Origin: an uncultured Gemmatimonadaceae bacterium
GTDB lineage: Bacteria; Gemmatimonadota; Gemmatimonadetes; Gemmatimonadales; Gemmatimonadaceae
Reading direction: 5' to 3'
DNA length: 64,000 nucleotides
Assembly (NCBI GenBank): GCA_963761305.1
Contig: CAVXGK010000002.1
Span: 832,001-896,000 of the forward strand
Shown piece by piece: positions 60,197 through 64,000 of the stretch. The notes beneath the pieces are model-generated. The model did not search any database. It saw only the letters and a program-made list of their open reading frames with translations, and was not told the DNA's origin. Made by a program: the position numbers and the translations under genes. How positions within the stretch are numbered: the first letter of the stretch is position 1; the number at the start of each line of letters is the position of its first letter.

Positions 60197-61506
60197 CAGC
60201 CGGCTTTCCGCCTGAGCACGATGCGCAACGGATTGCCGGTGAATCCCCAGAACGCTCGAAAGCCGTTGTGGAGATACCGCACATAGTGCTCTTCGACGAG
60301 ATCCGGCGCATTGCCGAAGACCGCGATCGTCGGCGGCGCGGTCTCGATCTGCGTCGCGTAGTTGAGCTTGATCTCGCGCCCCGCCGCCTGCGGCGGCTGA
60401 CGCCGCGCCACGAGCTCGCCGAGCTTGGCGTTCACCTCGGCCGTCCCGATGCGCTTGGCGCGCTCCTCCTCGACCTGCTGGAGGGTCTCGAGCACACGCG
60501 TGACGCGTTGACCAGTCAGCGCGGAGGTGAACAAGAACGGCACGAATTTCAGGAACGGCGCTTTTTCGCCCGCCGCCACCTGGTACTTCGCCGCCGCTTT
60601 GTCGTCCTTGGCAGCGATGTCCCACTTGTTCACCGCGACGATCAGCCCCCGTCCGCTTTCCCACGCGAGCGCGGCGATCTTGAGATCCTGGTTCTGGATC
60701 TCGCCTTCGGTGGCGTCGACGAGGAGGATGCAAATGTCGGCGCGCTCGATCGCGCGCCGCGTGCGCAGCGACGAATAGAACTCGATACCGTCGTCGATCT
60801 TCGACTGGCGGCGCAGGCCGGCGGTGTCGACGAAGATGAACTGACGCCCGTGGAACCGCATCGGCGTATCGATCGCGTCGCGCGTCGTGCCGGCAATGTC
60901 GGAGACGACGAGCCGCTCTTCGCCGAGCAGCCGATTCACGAATGACGACTTGCCGACGTTCGGCCGGCCGATCACGGCGACGCGGAGCGTGTCCTCGGGC
61001 TCGGCGACGACTTGAGGCAGCCGAGCCACGACGGCGTCCAGCAGATCGCCCGAGTTTTTTCCGTTGATGGCCGAGACCGGAAACACCTGCTCGACGCCGA
61101 TCTGATAGAACTCGTAGAAGTCGGCGTCGCGCGGGTCGTCCACCTTGTTGGCGACGAGCAGCCAGGGTTTCTGCGAATTCCGCAGGATCTCGGCGACGTT
61201 GTAGTCCGCCGGATGCAAGCCGGCACGCGCGTCGACGACGAAGAGCAGCAGGTCCGCTTCGCCGATCGCTTCGTCGACCTGGCGCCGAATCTCGACGTCC
61301 ATCGGCGCGCGAGGATCCTCGTTGATGCCCCCGGTGTCGACGAGCCAGAACGATCGTCCCGCCCAGTCGGTCTCGGCGAAATGGCGGTCGCGCGTGGTGC
61401 CGGCTTCGTCGGAGACGATGGCCTTGTTGTCGCCGACGATGCGGTTGAAGAGCGCCGATTTTCCGACGTTCGGCCGTCCGATCAGCGCGACGACCGGAAC
61501 GTTCAC
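60196..61506 (-). CDS. der: Ribosome biogenesis GTPase Der/EngA
   Basis: two GTPase domains (GRPNVGKS x2, DTGG/DTAG, NKVD/NKWD), KH-like C-terminus. Confidence 0.97.
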   Translation of the reverse strand: MNVPVVALIGRPNVGKSALFNRIVGDNKAIVSDEAGTTRDRHFAETDWAGRSFWLVDTGGINEDPRAPMDVEIRRQVDEAIGEADLLLFVVDARAGLHPADYNVAEILRNSQKPWLLVANKVDDPRDADFYEFYQIGVEQVFPVSAINGKNSGDLLDAVVARLPQVVAEPEDTLRVAVIGRPNVGKSSFVNRLLGEERLVVSDIAGTTRDAIDTPMRFHGRQFIFVDTAGLRRQSKIDDGIEFYSSLRTRRAIERADICILLVDATEGEIQNQDLKIAALAWESGRGLIVAVNKWDIAAKDDKAAAKYQVAAGEKAPFLKFVPFLFTSALTGQRVTRVLETLQQVEEERAKRIGTAEVNAKLGELVARRQPPQAAGREIKLNYATQIETAPPTIAVFGNAPDLVEEHYVRYLHNGFRAFWGFTGNPLRIVLRRKAG

Positions 61507-62810
61507 GCGGCGACTCCGGTCAATCGCGGATCGCGTTCGCGGGCGAGAACATCGACGAAGTCGTACGACGGATAGACGGGCATGGGGAGCTGCTCGCGCA
61601 GCGAAATGAACGATTCGTCGTCCAGGAATACACCGGAGTCGTTGATCGACTCGGCGGGAATCAGCGCGAGATCGAGATCCTCGCGCCCGGCGAGCGCCCG
61701 GCGAATGTCGGCGCCGACGAGCAAACCGGCGGTCGTCGTCGTCGGACCGAACAGCGAGTTGGTCGCGGTGAGCATCTCGAACGTGGCGCCGGTGGCCGAC
61801 GTGATCTGCTCGAGCAGCTCGGGCATGATGCCGGCCATCGAAACGCCCGTCACCACACCGATTCGTTTGCCGTCCAACCGCGGCAGTCCGCCGAGTCCGT
61901 CGCGAACGCGCTGGCGCAGCGACGCCACCGCGCCCACGCCGTTCTCGATCTGCGGGAAGTCGCCGTAGTAGTCGGGCAACGGCAGCTCCCGCTCGGCGAG
62001 GAGATACAGCTCGTCCGAGCCGTAGACCCACGCGTGCCCGAGATCGGGCCGTTCGACGCGAGACCGGTCCGCCCACGCGCCGATGGCGCCCAGCAGCACG
62101 CGCGCCTTGTCGCGGTCCATCGGCTGGCCGGTGTAGAGATGCGAGAACTGCGTGAGCCCGACGGGCACGACAGCCACGGAGAGCACGGCGTCGTCGAGCG
62201 CCCAGAGGTCGGCGAGCGACTGTCGGAGCACTTCGCCGTCGTTGAGGCCGGGCACGATCACCATCTGGCAGTGGAACTGAATTCCGCCACCGGCGAGCCG
62301 CGTGAGCTGCTCGACGACGTTCGGGACGCGCGGATTGTTGAGCAGCACCTTGCGCGCTTCCCACGGCGTGGCGTGGACCGAGATGTACAGCGGCGACAAC
62401 CGGTACTCGATGATGCGCGCGAAGTCGCGGTCCTTGAGGTTCGACAGCGTGGCGAAGTTGCCGTACGCGAACGACAGCCGGTAATCGTCGTCACGCACGT
62501 AAAGCGGCTTTCGCAGCCCCTTCGGCAGTCCCTCGATGAAACAGAACTCGCAGCGGTTCGCGCAGCGACGGATCGTCGCCGGCTCCAGCTCCACGCCGAG
62601 CGACTCGCCGTCCGGGCGATCCACCTCGTAGACGACCGCCTCTCCGCCCGGCTCGCGCGCTTCGATCACGAGCTCGTCGTCGGCGGTGAGAAATTCCCAA
62701 TCGAGGAAGTCCGCCAGCTCACGGCCGTTGACCGTCAGCAGCTCGGTGCCCGCGCCGATCCCGAGCTCACTCGCGATGCTTCCCGCTTCGACAGCCTTCA
62801 CGCGAACCAT
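61503..62810 (-). CDS. DUF512 family radical-SAM-like protein with N-terminal PDZ-like domain
   Basis: CANRCEFC, RDDDYRLSF, SPLYISVH, VPVGLT, QIENGVG. Confidence 0.88.
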   Translation of the reverse strand: MVRVKAVEAGSIASELGIGAGTELLTVNGRELADFLDWEFLTADDELVIEAREPGGEAVVYEVDRPDGESLGVELEPATIRRCANRCEFCFIEGLPKGLRKPLYVRDDDYRLSFAYGNFATLSNLKDRDFARIIEYRLSPLYISVHATPWEARKVLLNNPRVPNVVEQLTRLAGGGIQFHCQMVIVPGLNDGEVLRQSLADLWALDDAVLSVAVVPVGLTQFSHLYTGQPMDRDKARVLLGAIGAWADRSRVERPDLGHAWVYGSDELYLLAERELPLPDYYGDFPQIENGVGAVASLRQRVRDGLGGLPRLDGKRIGVVTGVSMAGIMPELLEQITSATGATFEMLTATNSLFGPTTTTAGLLVGADIRRALAGREDLDLALIPAESINDSGVFLDDESFISLREQLPMPVYPSYDFVDVLARERDPRLTGVAA

Positions 62811-62970
62811 GTGAGGAGCCTTGAGCGAGCGATGCGGGAAGGAAGAATCTGGCGGGCGACGGTAGGCAGCGAACAGCTCATGCAATGTAGGAGATCATAG
62901 GACCGAAAACAAGCAAAGCGATCAACTTGCACGTGACAACCTCCACCACTCTATCCGAGCAGTCGTGCTC

Positions 62971-63010
62971 ACAAAAACAAGAGCGCGCCCGCCGCTCGGC
63001 GGGCGCGCTC
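62971..63010 (-). terminator. Intrinsic terminator of the TPR gene
   Basis: GAGCGCGCCCGCCG-CT-CGGCGGGCGCGCTC stem followed on the - strand by TTGTTTTTGT. Confidence 0.85.
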
Positions 63011-63033
63011 GAATGTCAGGCAGCTATGTCGGC

Positions 63034-64000
63034 TCAGTTCAGCGGCGCGTATTTGAAGGCCACAATTCCCACGCCGGTGCCCGTGGCCTTGAAGGTCGTT
63101 CGTTCATGCGACGCGACCGGACCGACGGCGACGTCTTGCGTCGTCACGGTGTTGCCGCCCTTGTCGATGAACTCGAGCTTGAGCGTGTAGCTCTTGGCCG
63201 CGTCCGTCGGGTTCGTGACCGAGCCGCCGATCGTCGTCTTCCCGTCGGTCGCCGTGGTGAACTCGGTGAAGGTTACGCGGGCGGGCAAGGACGACATCGC
63301 CGTCTGGAACTTGAGCGCGGAGTCGATGGCCAACTTCGACGAGTCGGCGTACGCCTTGATGAACGGATTCACCCGTGAGGCGGAGTCGATGGCGGCCTTC
63401 ACCACCGGAGCCGACTTCGACTTGTTGGCCCGGTCGCCGTACATCTTGGCCTTCGCTTCCCAATCCTTTTGCTTGGCGTCGTACCCCTTCTTGATGGCTC
63501 CGTAGCCGACCGCGAGGAGTTGATAGTTGTCCGGGTTGTCCGGGTCCACTTTCACCAGCGTCTGAGCGATCTCGATGCCCTTGGTGAAGTTGCTGTCGAG
63601 CAGGTACAGGCGGCCGAGGTTGTAGAGTACGTCGCGATGGTATGGATTCACCGCCCGCGCCGCCTCGAATAGCTTGATGGCGTCCCTCGACTGCTGCGCC
63701 TTGGCCGCCGTGACAGCGGCCATCATGAGCGAGTTGTACGAGAACGCGCTTGGGTTCGCGAGCTGGTCCGAGTACGAGCCCTTGATCGCCGCTGTGTCGC
63801 CGCTCAGCATGGCGAGGCGGGCCTGCCCGCTGCGCGCGTTGTCGGCGTACTTGGTTCCGGGGTCCTTGGCGAGCTGCTCGTACGCCGACTTCGCCTCGGC
63901 GATGTACGCGGCCTTGTCGGCCGCATCGGCCGCCTCGGCCTGATCGCTGGCGTAGTTCCCGAGATAGGCGAGAAGCTGCCGGCGCGTGTCGGCCATGGTG
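63034..64000 (-). CDS. TPR-repeat protein with C-terminal beta-sandwich domain (5' end outside window)
   Basis: Ala-rich helical repeats (NPYHRDVLYNL, DPDNPDNYQ); C-terminal GSVTN..LEFIDKGG beta domain. Confidence 0.75.
   Translation of the reverse strand, partial: TMADTRRQLLAYLGNYASDQAEAADAADKAAYIAEAKSAYEQLAKDPGTKYADNARSGQARLAMLSGDTAAIKGSYSDQLANPSAFSYNSLMMAAVTAAKAQQSRDAIKLFEAARAVNPYHRDVLYNLGRLYLLDSNFTKGIEIAQTLVKVDPDNPDNYQLLAVGYGAIKKGYDAKQKDWEAKAKMYGDRANKSKSAPVVKAAIDSASRVNPFIKAYADSSKLAIDSALKFQTAMSSLPARVTFTEFTTATDGKTTIGGSVTNPTDAAKSYTLKLEFIDKGGNTVTTQDVAVGPVASHERTTFKATGTGVGIVAFKYAPLN

Overview
High-GC bacterial core-genome window. Gene content and order resemble Gemmatimonadota, which is an inference from sequence alone. 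From 1 to ~54.7 kb almost all genes are on the + strand: a nuoA-N complex I operon, PMM/PGM, UPF0182, carbamate kinase, sucCD, ndk, yceD-rpmF-plsX-fabHDG-acpP-fabF, futalosine menaquinone genes (mqnE, mqnA, mqnC), ispF, xerD, a glutamine amidotransferase, kdsB-pyrG-kdsA-kdsC-kdsD-lptC-lptA-like-lptB-rpoN, a glycosylation locus around an Ig-rich surface lipoprotein, and dapF. nuoL/M/N are broken by many indels, most likely read errors. A 28-bp dif-like XerC/D site lies at 54767-54794, and beyond it every gene is on the - strand (TPR protein, tRNA-Arg(CCT), apt, acylphosphatase, pcm, surE, MerR, gpsA, plsY, der, DUF512, TPR), so the window probably spans the replication terminus. The most unusual elements are a remodelled Lpt module (LptB with a ~170-aa N-terminal extra domain, a ~500-aa LptA-like protein, a lipoprotein-type LptC), MqnE with a CX5CX2C radical-SAM motif, a nested palindromic intergenic element, and a secreted two-repeat protein between sucD and ndk. 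No CRISPR, prophage, transposase or rRNA was seen.
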